A stretch of 64,000 nt of DNA from Oceanispirochaeta sp. (GCA_963663385.2 CAXXXD010000003.1:800001-864000), one strand, 5' to 3'; positions 10,137-19,853 are shown, numbered from the stretch's first letter. A program made the numbers and translations. The notes: generated from the sequence alone by a model not told the origin.

Positions 10137-11423
10137 CTACTGTCCTATTTTATTCATCTCTTTTTCGGCATCATACAATGCCTGGGCGGGAGACTTTTCG
10201 CCTCTCAGGGCGTTCTGAACCTCAACCTGGATAACGGAGGAAATTTCAGCATAGAAAGGAGACTGAGGCCGGGGAACAGCATTTTCCAGGACACCCGTAA
10301 TCATACCGAAAAAGGGATTCTTTTTCAGAATGTCCGCATCATCATAGAGGCTTCTGCGGGCCGGGAGGTAGGAATCGTTGAGAGCATGGAGCTTCATGGC
10401 ATATTCGCCGGCATAAAAGTTCATGAATTTAAGGGCTGCTTCCTTGTTTTTAGAGTGCCTGTTAAGAAAGAGCTGCCATCCGCCCAGGGTACTGTGACCT
10501 CTTTTACCGCTCTCTCCTCTGGGAAGTTCGGCAACACCCAGCAGACCGCTTACCATGGAATTTTCCGGGTTCTGGCCCAGGGCGTAGGCTTTGGGCCAGG
10601 CTCTCATAAAAACCTGTCTGTTCTGGAACATGGAAGCCCGGGCATCACCGCTGCCGTAGGAGAGGGCACCTTCCGGGAAAAGACCTTTTTCATAAGCTGT
10701 ACGCATAAGTTCAAGGATCTCCACGTTCTCGGGGCTGTTAATTACGATGTTTCCCTTTTTATCAATCACTTCACCGCCGTTTGAGTAGAACCATTCCACC
10801 GCATTGCATGTAAGGCCTTCATACTGTTTCATTGAGCCCACAAGGGCGTACATTTCTTCGGATCCCGCTTTTTCTTCGGCCTGAATAATTTCGTCTGCCG
10901 TGGCAAAAAGTTCATCCCAGGTTTCGGGGACCGGTTTGTTATATTTTTCAAGAAGGTCTTTTCTGTAAAACAGAACACCTGCATCTGTCCGGAAAGGGAT
11001 CCCCCATATACTTCCATTATAAGATGCCGCCGCAATTGTTCCGGGAAGAAAGGCTTTTCTTTCGGATGAGGGAAAGGCCTTATCCAGGTTTTCTATCAGT
11101 CCTGCCGATGCAAAAATGGGTGTCCATGTTACATCCGCATTAAAAAAGTCAATGGAATCATCCCCGCTCTGCAGAGCGATAAGCAGGGCCTGAAGTTTAT
11201 CGGTTGTATTCTCCGGCAGCTCTATAAGATTAACGGAGATATCGGGATACTCTTCATTGAAGGTTTTGATGATCATTTCCTGAGTGTTATCCAGAGTAGA
11301 GGCATGGGCATACCAGTTTAAACTGACCGGTCCTTCCGGGACTTCCTGTCCTCCTCCGGCAAATACCGGACAAAGGAATAGTGTCGAAAGGACAATAAAA
11401 ATAGGGATACATAATTTTTTCAT
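10137..11423 (-). CDS. Sugar ABC substrate-binding protein (trehalose/maltose-binding-like)
   Basis: Signal peptide MKKL...FAGGGQ; 'DVTW', 'QYEGLTCN', 'LGGWQL', 'PRP' motifs; AGGAGG RBS before ATG 11423. Confidence 0.9.
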   Translation of the reverse strand: MKKLCIPIFIVLSTLFLCPVFAGGGQEVPEGPVSLNWYAHASTLDNTQEMIIKTFNEEYPDISVNLIELPENTTDKLQALLIALQSGDDSIDFFNADVTWTPIFASAGLIENLDKAFPSSERKAFLPGTIAAASYNGSIWGIPFRTDAGVLFYRKDLLEKYNKPVPETWDELFATADEIIQAEEKAGSEEMYALVGSMKQYEGLTCNAVEWFYSNGGEVIDKKGNIVINSPENVEILELMRTAYEKGLFPEGALSYGSGDARASMFQNRQVFMRAWPKAYALGQNPENSMVSGLLGVAELPRGESGKRGHSTLGGWQLFLNRHSKNKEAALKFMNFYAGEYAMKLHALNDSYLPARRSLYDDADILKKNPFFGMITGVLENAVPRPQSPFYAEISSVIQVEVQNALRGEKSPAQALYDAEKEMNKIGQ

Positions 11424-11440
11424 AATATTACTCCTCCTAT

Positions 11441-11532
11441 GCAATATAATGCATATGCACATTATATTGCGGTTTTATGTATTAATCAACAGATAGATAA
11501 AAGTTATTTTAAATTAAAACGCATTATATTGC
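11441..11532. promoter_or_regulatory. Three-copy operator GCA(N6)TGC in divergent promoter region
   Basis: GCAATATAATGC at 11441-11452, ACATTATATTGC at 11459-11470, GCATTATATTGC at 11521-11532. Confidence 0.7.
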
Positions 11533-11557
11533 GTAATATGATCATTTGTGCTATATT
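11529..11557 (+). promoter_or_regulatory. Sigma-70-type promoter of the regulator, probably leaderless
   Basis: TTGCGT-17 nt-TATATT (with TG extension), 7 nt before ATG 11565, no SD. Confidence 0.55.
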
Positions 11558-11564
11558 ATTGGCT

Positions 11565-12788
11565 ATGAACAGGGAAGGTAAAAAAATCAGCCAATTATTA
11601 AAAAAGATGCGTCAGGAGAGGGGACTGTCCCAGAGTGCCGTGGCAAATGGACTCTCTGTACCGGTTCGTACCTACCAGAGCTGGGAGGCCGCCTATACCT
11701 CCAATATCGATAACCTGATAGCTATCTGTATGTTTTACGGGATTACACCGGTGGAACTTTTTTCCGGCTGGCAGGATGAAAACCGATCAGACAGGGTAAT
11801 TAAAAAAGAGAACCCCTTCGGGAAAGAAAAGGAAATACTGAACTTTCTGATGGAGGGAGGAACACTGGATGTCATGATCGACAGATATCCTGATATTTTT
11901 CAGAGTACCGATGAAAATACTGAGGATATTCTATACCGTCTGATTCTGGACATTTACTTTACCCATCCGGACGTTCTTAAAGCCGTTTTTCCCGGGTTCT
12001 GCCGGGAAAAGGAACAGTTGATTTCAGAACGGTATCATATCCCCGCAGAGGCTGTATCAGTTGTCTGTACAGAGAAGATACAGTATCAGCTGTTAAAAGA
12101 AATTCTGCTCTCGTTTCCGGGGGCCGATACTTTAACCGAATGGGTTTCGGATAAACCGGGGTTCAGGCTGGGAATAAGCAACGGGTATACGGTCGCCAGG
12201 ATTTTTGATCAGCTGGAAAGATCCAGGGTTCGAAATCTGAACCTTTTTCCTTTGAACTTTTCAAATACCCAGGTGGATTTCCCCATATCCTCCAACTCAT
12301 TAATCTCTTCCTTTCTTTATAAAACCGAAGGATACGGCAATGTAATGGACACACCCGGTGAGATGGAGATTTACGGTTCCATGCTGCTGGCTGATGCGGT
12401 CATTCTCGGTGTCGGGACCTTTCAGAAAGAGGGGTTGTACGAAACCATGATCCGGTCTTCCCTCGGCAGCTCCAGGATGGATATCATCCATAAAGCCGGC
12501 GCTGTCGGCGACCTGAACTATAATCTGCTGGACAGAGAGGGGAATCAGATCGATATCCCCGAAATCATCAGTCCCATGGGACACCCGGAAAACTCTTCCT
12601 TAATCAAGGCAATCAATCTGGATCTTCTTTCCCAGAAGGCGGACAGGGGCTGCCGGGTTATGGTTGCAGCCGCGGGGGAGCATAAAGCCCTTCCGGTGCA
12701 CCTTTCCCTTAAAAAGGGTTATGCCAATCATCTGCTTATCGATTATTCGCTGGCGGAGGCCTTGCTGGAGATAGAGCAGGCGGTTTGA
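11565..12788 (+). CDS. Transcriptional regulator: XRE-type HTH plus SorC/DeoR-type sugar-binding domain
   Basis: N-terminal 'LKKMRQERGLSQSAVA...TYQSWE'; C-terminal 'GISNGYTV', 'VILGVG', 'GAVGDL', 'AAGEHKA', 'ANHLLID' resemble SorC/CggR effector domains. Confidence 0.8.
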   Translation: MNREGKKISQLLKKMRQERGLSQSAVANGLSVPVRTYQSWEAAYTSNIDNLIAICMFYGITPVELFSGWQDENRSDRVIKKENPFGKEKEILNFLMEGGTLDVMIDRYPDIFQSTDENTEDILYRLILDIYFTHPDVLKAVFPGFCREKEQLISERYHIPAEAVSVVCTEKIQYQLLKEILLSFPGADTLTEWVSDKPGFRLGISNGYTVARIFDQLERSRVRNLNLFPLNFSNTQVDFPISSNSLISSFLYKTEGYGNVMDTPGEMEIYGSMLLADAVILGVGTFQKEGLYETMIRSSLGSSRMDIIHKAGAVGDLNYNLLDREGNQIDIPEIISPMGHPENSSLIKAINLDLLSQKADRGCRVMVAAAGEHKALPVHLSLKKGYANHLLIDYSLAEALLEIEQAV

Positions 12789-12837
12789 CAATTCATATTT
12801 GACTTTCTCCTGATTAGAGTATTAAATAATTTTAAGA

Positions 12838-14082
12838 ATGAAAGATAACTTTCTCCTGATGGACATCAGGTTTCTTAAAAGAATCCTCTTTCCCATGATC
12901 TGTCTCTGCTACTTTGCCGTGGGTGCTCTTTTTCTGATGGGCAGGGACCGCCCCTTTCCGGCGAGCTGGAATATTCAGTTTCTGCTGCTTCTGTCTGTAA
13001 ACTTTCTTTGCACCCTATTGCTTTTTCTGATTAAAAGGAAGAACAGTTCCGCCAATGGTCTGGTCGTGGCCGGCCTCTTCCTGATTCAGCTGGCTTTAAA
13101 ATATATAATGACAAAACCTTTCAGCAGCGATATTTGGTTTGAGTATTTTCTGATCATTATTTTGCTGCTGGAGGGAATTCCTGTTTTAAAAACTGACGAA
13201 ACACTGGTTCTGACCCTGGGGATTGCTCTTTCTGTACTTCTGACCAATCACAATGGCGTCTTCTGGGGACTGGAAATTCCAGTTCGGAGCCGGGAAACAA
13301 AGAGCTCTCTCTTTCTGCTGACCATGCTGATTTCTGGTCTTAGCATTATGATCAAACAGGCTTTTGCCGTAGTCCTGAGAACCGGAGAGATAGTCGTGAA
13401 TCAGAAAAGGATTATTCAGAAGCTTTCTGCCTCCAATACGGAGCTTCAGAGTTATGCCAACCTGGCGGAAGAGCGGAGTATGATAAACGAGAGGCTGAAG
13501 CTGACACGGGAAATTCACGATACCGTGGGGTATACCATGACCAATCTGCTGATGATGCTGGAAGCCTGTACGGATCTGCTGAAGGTTAATCCTGAAAAAC
13601 TGGAAAAGCTGCTTTATCAGGCTCTTGACATTTCCAAAAGCGGTCATGAGGAAATTCGCCAATCCCTGCGAACTCTCCGGAATACAAACCTGAAGGAAAA
13701 AAACAGCATTGAGTCAATTCAGCACCTGACCGGTATCTTCATGGAGTCCACCGGGGTAGAAGTCCGTGTGGATTTCGGCAACCTTCCCTGGAGGCTGAAC
13801 CGTAAAATTGATCATATCATCTACCGTTTCCTTCAGGAAGCCATGACGAATGCCCTGGCACATGGGGAAGCCAAAAGTATTGATATCCGTTTCTGGCTGA
13901 ATGATAAAATGATCCGGATCAGTATCGAAGATGACGGCAAGGGAAGCGAGGATATCGAACAGGGCATCGGCATAAAGGGGATGGGTGAACGCCTGTCGGA
14001 AGTTGAAGGCCGGCTCAGTTATAATAACAGTACGTCGGGGTTTGTAATCTGGGCGGAAATTCCATGGAGCAGTAATGAATAA
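12838..14082 (+). CDS. Membrane sensor histidine kinase (HisKA_3, NarX/UhpB-like)
   Basis: Several TM helices; H-box 'REIHDTVG'; 'QEAMTNALAHG', 'DDGKG', 'GIKGMGER'. Confidence 0.92.
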   Translation: MKDNFLLMDIRFLKRILFPMICLCYFAVGALFLMGRDRPFPASWNIQFLLLLSVNFLCTLLLFLIKRKNSSANGLVVAGLFLIQLALKYIMTKPFSSDIWFEYFLIIILLLEGIPVLKTDETLVLTLGIALSVLLTNHNGVFWGLEIPVRSRETKSSLFLLTMLISGLSIMIKQAFAVVLRTGEIVVNQKRIIQKLSASNTELQSYANLAEERSMINERLKLTREIHDTVGYTMTNLLMMLEACTDLLKVNPEKLEKLLYQALDISKSGHEEIRQSLRTLRNTNLKEKNSIESIQHLTGIFMESTGVEVRVDFGNLPWRLNRKIDHIIYRFLQEAMTNALAHGEAKSIDIRFWLNDKMIRISIEDDGKGSEDIEQGIGIKGMGERLSEVEGRLSYNNSTSGFVIWAEIPWSSNE

Positions 14083-14719
14083 AACCAATATCCTTATAGT
14101 GGACGATCAGATCCTTTTTGCCGAAAGCCTTAAAACGGTTCTGGAATTGCGCAGCGATGGGTTTCAGATTATCGACATTGCCGCCGATGGCAGGGAAGCG
14201 GTGCGGATGGCGGAAATCCATAAACCCGCCCTGATCCTTATGGATATACGGATGCCCGGTATGAACGGGGTGGAAGCGGTCGGTGTCATCAAGGAACGAT
14301 TCCCGGAAATCAAGGTCATTATGCTTACCACCTTTGATGACGATGAATATATCTATAATGCTCTGAATAACGGAGCAGACGGTTATCTGCTTAAGAATAC
14401 CTCACCCGAAAAACTGATAGCCTCTATCGAAGCGGTGCTGAACGGGCTTGTTTTAATCTCCCCTGTCATTATCAAACACTTGACAAAAGAGGGTAGTCCC
14501 CAAAGGGACAAAAAGGAGAAACCTCTCTGGTTCGAAGAATTGAGTACACGGGAAAAACAGGTTCTCCAGCTCCTTTCCAGCGGTTTGAACAATAAGGAGA
14601 TTGCCGAAGAACTTTTTATTGCCGACCAGACCGTTAAAAATCACGTCAGTCTCATATACAACAAGCTCGGAACCAGCGATCGTCTTAAGGTTATCCGCAT
14701 TGCAAAAGAGTATTTTTAG
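14075..14719 (+). CDS. Response regulator, NarL/LuxR family
   Basis: Receiver domain 'IVDDQ...LMDIRMP...YLLK'; LuxR HTH 'LSTREKQVL...NKEIA...TVKNH'. Confidence 0.95.
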   Translation: MNKTNILIVDDQILFAESLKTVLELRSDGFQIIDIAADGREAVRMAEIHKPALILMDIRMPGMNGVEAVGVIKERFPEIKVIMLTTFDDDEYIYNALNNGADGYLLKNTSPEKLIASIEAVLNGLVLISPVIIKHLTKEGSPQRDKKEKPLWFEELSTREKQVLQLLSSGLNNKEIAEELFIADQTVKNHVSLIYNKLGTSDRLKVIRIAKEYF

Positions 14720-14760
14720 AAACCAGGGATAGACAACCCGCCGGACCGGCAGAAAACCCT

Positions 14761-14798
14761 GTACTGTCAAATCGGTACGGATATCGGTACTGGAGTAC
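14761..14798 (+). promoter_or_regulatory. GTAC/ATCGGTAC repeat cluster, candidate response-regulator site
   Basis: ATCGGTAC at 14771 and 14783, plus GTAC at 14761 and 14795, upstream of the SBP gene. Confidence 0.5.
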
Positions 14799-14872
14799 CT
14801 TGCTGTATAGGAAACACGGACTTAAAATTAAATCCTATCAGAAACAAATCCCGTTAAAAGGAAGGAGATTGT

Positions 14873-16144
14873 ATGAAAAAATTACTTATGGGAGCTTTAT
14901 TGCTGATTATGGCAGTAAATTTCAGCTTTGCCAACGGTTCTACGGAGCTGCCTACGGAAGAGAGCGATGGAGATAAGGTCACACTGGTTTTTACAAGCTG
15001 GAGAACAGAAGATATCGAGCGTATGAACCGCATCAATGAAGCATTTACAAAAGAAAATCCTGATATAGTTATTGATTTTCAGCCGGTTAAGGATACGGAA
15101 TACGATGCACAGCTTAAACAGTCCCTGGCTGCCGGAGTAGGCGCAGACATCATCTTTCTCCGTTCCTATGATTCAGGCTATCAGATCTACAAGACCGGTT
15201 CTCTGGCCGAATTGAACAGCAAAATCAGTAATCTGAAAGATTTCCCCTCTGCAGCCGTGGCAGCCTGGGCCACTCCTGATAATATCAGCTATGCCATACC
15301 GGCGGCCGGTGTTGTTCATGGCGTTTACTACAGAAAAAGCATATTCAAAAAATATAATCTGACTATCCCCGAAACCTGGGATGAGTTTATGAAGGCATGT
15401 AAAACCCTCAAAGACGGCGGCGAGACAGTATTTGCACAGGGTACCAAAGACAACTGGATGCTGTATGAAGTTATGTACTCCGGACTGGGTGCCAACTTTT
15501 ACGGTGGAGAAGAAGCCCGTCAGGCTCTGATGGACAAGAAAATCCGCTTTACCGACAGTGCTTTCGTTACGGCTATGGAGAGGATGAAGGACCTGCAGCC
15601 TTTCTTTCCCGACCGGTTTGAAGGAATTGATTATGTAACGATGCAGCAGATTTTCGGAACAGGAAATGCCGCCATGTTTATGGGCGGAAGCTGGGAAATC
15701 GGAATTTTCGATGACCTGGGCGGGCTGGATGATGTCGGATACTTTGCTCCCCCCCTGGCAGCAAAGGGCGACACTCTGCAGTACTGTTTCCATGTTGATG
15801 CCGGTATCGGTATGAATAAAAACTCAAAACATCCTGAAGAGGCTCTGATTTACATGAAATGGCTGGCATCATCCGAATACGCACAGCTTTACATGAACGA
15901 ACTGCCCGGATTTTTCAGCTACACACCCGGAAACTATACCCTTGAAAATGAACTGGCCAAGCAGATGCAGAGCTATGTTGCCAAATCTGTTCCTACAGTC
16001 AGAACTGTCTGGGAAAAGCTCTCAGCCGAGTCTCCCTCCGGTAATGAGCTTCTGGGCGAAGCCGTTCAGAAAATGTATGCCGGAGAATTTACCCCGGCAG
16101 AAGCCTGCAAGTATGTAGACGACGGTCTGGCCTGGTATTACTGA
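14873..16144 (+). CDS. Carbohydrate ABC substrate-binding protein
   Basis: Signal peptide MKKLL...FANG; 'YYRKSIFKKYNLTIPETWDEF'; AAGGAG RBS. Confidence 0.9.
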   Translation: MKKLLMGALLLIMAVNFSFANGSTELPTEESDGDKVTLVFTSWRTEDIERMNRINEAFTKENPDIVIDFQPVKDTEYDAQLKQSLAAGVGADIIFLRSYDSGYQIYKTGSLAELNSKISNLKDFPSAAVAAWATPDNISYAIPAAGVVHGVYYRKSIFKKYNLTIPETWDEFMKACKTLKDGGETVFAQGTKDNWMLYEVMYSGLGANFYGGEEARQALMDKKIRFTDSAFVTAMERMKDLQPFFPDRFEGIDYVTMQQIFGTGNAAMFMGGSWEIGIFDDLGGLDDVGYFAPPLAAKGDTLQYCFHVDAGIGMNKNSKHPEEALIYMKWLASSEYAQLYMNELPGFFSYTPGNYTLENELAKQMQSYVAKSVPTVRTVWEKLSAESPSGNELLGEAVQKMYAGEFTPAEACKYVDDGLAWYY

Positions 16145-16211
16145 GACGTCTACCCGATTGATCTCCTGAAGGAACTTCTGTTCCCGCAGGAGTCGTTAAA
16201 CGATCCTGTTA

Positions 16212-16241
16212 AAATTCCCCTCCTGAGACAGGAGGGAATTT
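16212..16241 (+). other. Intercistronic stem-loop after binding-protein gene
   Basis: AAATTCCCCTCCTG-aga-CAGGAGGGAATTT. Confidence 0.6.
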
Positions 16242-16356
16242 AAAAATGCTTTACTACCGGGACCACCGGGCAGTTCCGGATATAAAATAATTCCGAGAGT
16301 TTCGGTACAGCTTGCTGAACGGACGTCAATATACAAAAAAGACAAGGAGGAGTTTT

Positions 16357-17280
16357 ATGATTGAGGCACAGAAGAAGCATGCCAGATTTTTATTTCTGTT
16401 CATCTTTCCGGCTTTTATCGTATACACGGTATTTATGCTTCTGCCCATCCTGAACTCTATGAGATACAGCCTCTATACCGGGGACAGTCTGGTTCCCAAT
16501 GAATTTGTGGGGCTGGATAATTATATCAGACTCTTTACGGAAGAGCGGTATTATACAAAGTTCTGGAATGCTTTCCGGAACAATATCAAGTTTTTTATCA
16601 TAGTCACACTGGTCCAGAACGTTATGGGCTTTTTTATGGCTGTTATGATTTCCAGGAAATTCAGGGGGAATAAGTTTATGAGAAAGCTGAGTTTTCTCCC
16701 CACAACCCTGTCTGTTCTTGTGGTTGGATACATTTTTAAATTGATATTGAACCCCTATTATGGAGTTTTTGATAAATTTATGGTTGCCATCGGACTTGAA
16801 GATATTATTCTGCCCTGGCTGGGTGATCCCCGAACCGCCATATATGTGGTAGCCCTGGCAGTCAGCTGGCAGTTCTTCGGTGAATCAGTACTTTTCTACA
16901 GTTCGGGTATTGACGGAATCAGCGACTCCATTATGGAAGCCGCCCGGATTGACGGTGCCAATATATGGCAGGAAATCTGGCATATTATCCTGCCCTCTGT
17001 TCTTCCTATTGTCAGCATCGTTACCATTCTGATCTTTATCGGAGACTTTACTCAGTTCGATATTATCTTTGCCATGACAGGAACACGGGGGGATCCCGGC
17101 TACAGTACGGATCTGTTCGGGTCTCTATTCTACCGGACTGCTTTTTCTTCCAGTGAAAGGGGAGGCTGGGGGACCGGTATGGGCGCCACTGTTGCTACCA
17201 TGATGTTTATTATCGTTACCATCGGCGTTGGTGTTTTTCTTGCTTTCTTCAGGAAAAAACAGGAGGAGCTGGAAAGATGA
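16357..17280 (+). CDS. Carbohydrate ABC permease (MalF-like)
   Basis: 'PWLGDP', 'EAARIDGA'; AGGAGG RBS before ATG 16357. Confidence 0.92.
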   Translation: MIEAQKKHARFLFLFIFPAFIVYTVFMLLPILNSMRYSLYTGDSLVPNEFVGLDNYIRLFTEERYYTKFWNAFRNNIKFFIIVTLVQNVMGFFMAVMISRKFRGNKFMRKLSFLPTTLSVLVVGYIFKLILNPYYGVFDKFMVAIGLEDIILPWLGDPRTAIYVVALAVSWQFFGESVLFYSSGIDGISDSIMEAARIDGANIWQEIWHIILPSVLPIVSIVTILIFIGDFTQFDIIFAMTGTRGDPGYSTDLFGSLFYRTAFSSSERGGWGTGMGATVATMMFIIVTIGVGVFLAFFRKKQEELER

Positions 17281-18110
17281 CAAGTCTGAAAAAGAAAACT
17301 TTACGCGGGGGACTGTATATTGTTATGGTGCTATATGCCCTGAGTATACTCATTCCGCTGTTTATTATGATCATGACTTCATTCAAGTCAAATGCAGAGA
17401 TTTTCAGGAATCCCTTCGGACTGCCCGAGTCATTCAGTATGGAAGCCTATATTAACCTTTTTGTTATTGCCAACTACGGGAAATTTTTCCTGAACAGTAT
17501 GGGTGTAACGATTCTCTCTCTCGCCATTGCGGTAACCATCTCGGCTCTGGCCGCTTATGCAATAAGCAAGTACAACTTCAAATACAGCAAAGCTCTCTAT
17601 ATCTATTTCGTGATTGGACTGGTGGTACCCATTAAGCTGGGAACTATCGATATTATGATTACCATGCTGCGATTGAGCGTCTACGACAGCCTCTGGGCCC
17701 TGATCATCGTTTATATTGCCATGGCCATCCCCTTAAGCGTGTTTATACTCTATGACTATATTAAAATGGTTCCCGAAGAGCTTTCCAGCGCCGCCCGGAT
17801 CGACGGCTGCAGTGAACCGCGTATTTTCAGCAAAATTATGGTGCCCCTGATAAAGGCCGGGCTGGCTGCGGCAGGGATTATCAGTTTTATTCCCAACTGG
17901 AACGAATTCTGGTTTCCCCTGGTTCTGATCAAGAGCAAGGAGCACTATACGATCCCACTGGCCACAGGACAGCTCTTCGGACAGTTCGACACCAAGCTCA
18001 ATCTTGTGTTCGCCGTTCTTTCCCTGGCCACTGTTCCTGTTATTGTTATTTACCTGCTCCTTTCCAATTATTTTGTAAAAGGATTGTCCGCAGGAGCCGT
18101 CAAGGGTTGA
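17277..18110 (+). CDS. Carbohydrate ABC permease (MalG-like)
   Basis: 'AARIDGC', 'WNEFWFPL', C-terminal 'GAVKG'. Confidence 0.92.
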   Translation: MTSLKKKTLRGGLYIVMVLYALSILIPLFIMIMTSFKSNAEIFRNPFGLPESFSMEAYINLFVIANYGKFFLNSMGVTILSLAIAVTISALAAYAISKYNFKYSKALYIYFVIGLVVPIKLGTIDIMITMLRLSVYDSLWALIIVYIAMAIPLSVFILYDYIKMVPEELSSAARIDGCSEPRIFSKIMVPLIKAGLAAAGIISFIPNWNEFWFPLVLIKSKEHYTIPLATGQLFGQFDTKLNLVFAVLSLATVPVIVIYLLLSNYFVKGLSAGAVKG

Positions 18111-18299
18111 TTCTCAGACTATTTCTGACACAATTTCCCATTCCTCCGGTATAGTTCTGATACCGGAGGTTTTTTATAATAACCGTTTACTCCAATGGAA
18201 TGCGACAAGCTGCAATTGTTATAGGTTGGGAATAGGAACTTTTCCGGAAAAAAGCTATTAGTTTTTAAATAATAAAAAGGATTTTTCCTGCTGCAGACC

Positions 18300-18332
18300 A
18301 AAAAAACCGGGTCCTTCAACGAAGGACCCGGT
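18300..18332 (-). terminator. Intrinsic terminator of the hyd-nfn operon
   Basis: ACCGGGTCCTTC-aac-GAAGGACCCGGT stem followed by a T-tract on the minus strand. Confidence 0.8.
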
Positions 18333-18363
18333 CAATCAATATTTTATATAGAAATTCCCTTGC

Positions 18364-19851
18364 CTACGACAGGTAATCATCTATCCCTTTAGCAGCGATT
18401 CTTCCATCGCCCATAGCCAGGATGACCGTGGCAGCGCCCTGCACGATATCTCCTCCGGCAAATACACCGTCCATTGAGGTCATTCCCTCCTCATTAACGG
18501 TAATATTCCCCCATTTATTGGTCTTAAGTTCCGGGGTGGTACCCGTTACCAGGGGATTGGAACTGTTGCCCAGTGCAGGTATACAGGTATCAATCTCCAT
18601 CAGGAACTCACTGCCTTCAATGGGTTCCGGACGGGCCCTGCCCGAAGCATCGGGTTCTCCCAGTCTGTATTTCAGACATTCAATAGCCTTAACCCGTCCG
18701 GTTTCATCTCCGATGATACGGGTAGGGTTGGTCAGAAGGTCAAAAATAATCCCCTCTTCCTGTGCATGGTGTACCTCCTCCACACGGGCGGGCATTTCGC
18801 TCAGGGTCCGGCGGTAGATAATATGCACCTCTTCCGCTCCCAGTCTGAGAGCTGTCCGAGCGGCATCCATAGCCACATTTCCACCGCCGAAAACAGCAAC
18901 CTTCTTCGATTTATAGATAGGGGTCATTGCCTTCCTGTCATAGGCTTTCATCAGATTGGCTCTGGTCAGATACTCATTGGCCGAAAACACACCGACAAGG
19001 TTTTCGCCTTTGATATTCATGAATTTGGGGAGCCCTGCGCCGTTAGCTACATAAACCGCATCAAACCCGTCCTTTTCCATCAGTTCCCTGATGGTTCGGG
19101 TTCTTCCGATCAGGTAGTCATACACAAACTTCACACCCATCTCTTCCAGTTTTTCCACTTCTTTCTGAACAATGGATTTGGGCAGCCGGAATTCGGGGAT
19201 CCCGTAAACTGTGACGCCGCCGGCTTTGTGAAAAGCCTCGAAGATGGTTACATCATGCCCGAAACGGGCAAGGTCCGCCGCCGTGGTCAGCCCGGAGGGG
19301 CCGCTTCCCACGATGGCAACCCTTTTCCCGGTAGGAGGAAGTTTGTCCACCTTCATTTCGGAAGCGCCTTCCCGGTCGGCCAGAAAACGCTCAACCCTGC
19401 CTATGGCAACAGACTGCATGGGATCTTTTTTCATCTTTCCAACTGTACACAGTTCCATGCACTGTTTTTCCTGGGGGCATACACGGCCGCAGATGGCCGG
19501 GAGCATGCTGCTGTCCCGGATAATTCCCAGAGCGTCATCAAACTCGCCCTTTGCCGTAGCAGCCAGAAATCCCGGGATGTCAATACTAACAGGACAGCCT
19601 TTGATACAGGGAGCATTTTTACACTGCAGGCAGCGGCTGGCTTCAAGAATGGCCTGGTTTTCCGTATATCCCAGAGCTACTTCGTTCATATTGCAGGCCC
19701 GTATGGAAGGAATCTGAGAGGGCATATCCTGCTGGGGAATCCCCGCCCTGTCCCTGGCTTTTAAATCCATCAGTCCTGCTGGCAGATTCAGGGCGGTAAT
19801 AAGTTCATCCGCCTCCTTTTCAAGAACTTCCGCTTCTTTGAACTCAGCCAT
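18364..19851 (-). CDS. nfnB: Nfn transhydrogenase large subunit (NfnB/SudA; GltD-like)
   Basis: 'RCLQCKNAPCIKGCP', 'ICGRVCPQEKQC', FAD 'GSGPSG', 'YGIPEFRLP', NADPH 'GGGNVAMD..R'; adjacent to an NfnA-type gene, with no glutamate synthase large subunit nearby. Confidence 0.85.
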   Translation of the reverse strand: MAEFKEAEVLEKEADELITALNLPAGLMDLKARDRAGIPQQDMPSQIPSIRACNMNEVALGYTENQAILEASRCLQCKNAPCIKGCPVSIDIPGFLAATAKGEFDDALGIIRDSSMLPAICGRVCPQEKQCMELCTVGKMKKDPMQSVAIGRVERFLADREGASEMKVDKLPPTGKRVAIVGSGPSGLTTAADLARFGHDVTIFEAFHKAGGVTVYGIPEFRLPKSIVQKEVEKLEEMGVKFVYDYLIGRTRTIRELMEKDGFDAVYVANGAGLPKFMNIKGENLVGVFSANEYLTRANLMKAYDRKAMTPIYKSKKVAVFGGGNVAMDAARTALRLGAEEVHIIYRRTLSEMPARVEEVHHAQEEGIIFDLLTNPTRIIGDETGRVKAIECLKYRLGEPDASGRARPEPIEGSEFLMEIDTCIPALGNSSNPLVTGTTPELKTNKWGNITVNEEGMTSMDGVFAGGDIVQGAATVILAMGDGRIAAKGIDDYLS

Positions 19852-19853
19852 GA

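Noticed and set aside
11439..11564. N-terminal extensions given by the ORF track (also 22739-22804, 34837-34896, 54717-54785, 61287-61433)
   Set aside because: They overlap promoters or neighbouring genes; downstream starts fit RBS, signal peptide or domain boundaries better.
18364..19851. Glutamate synthase small subunit (gltD/gltA)
   Set aside because: No large subunit nearby and an NfnA-type partner is adjacent, so NfnB fits better.
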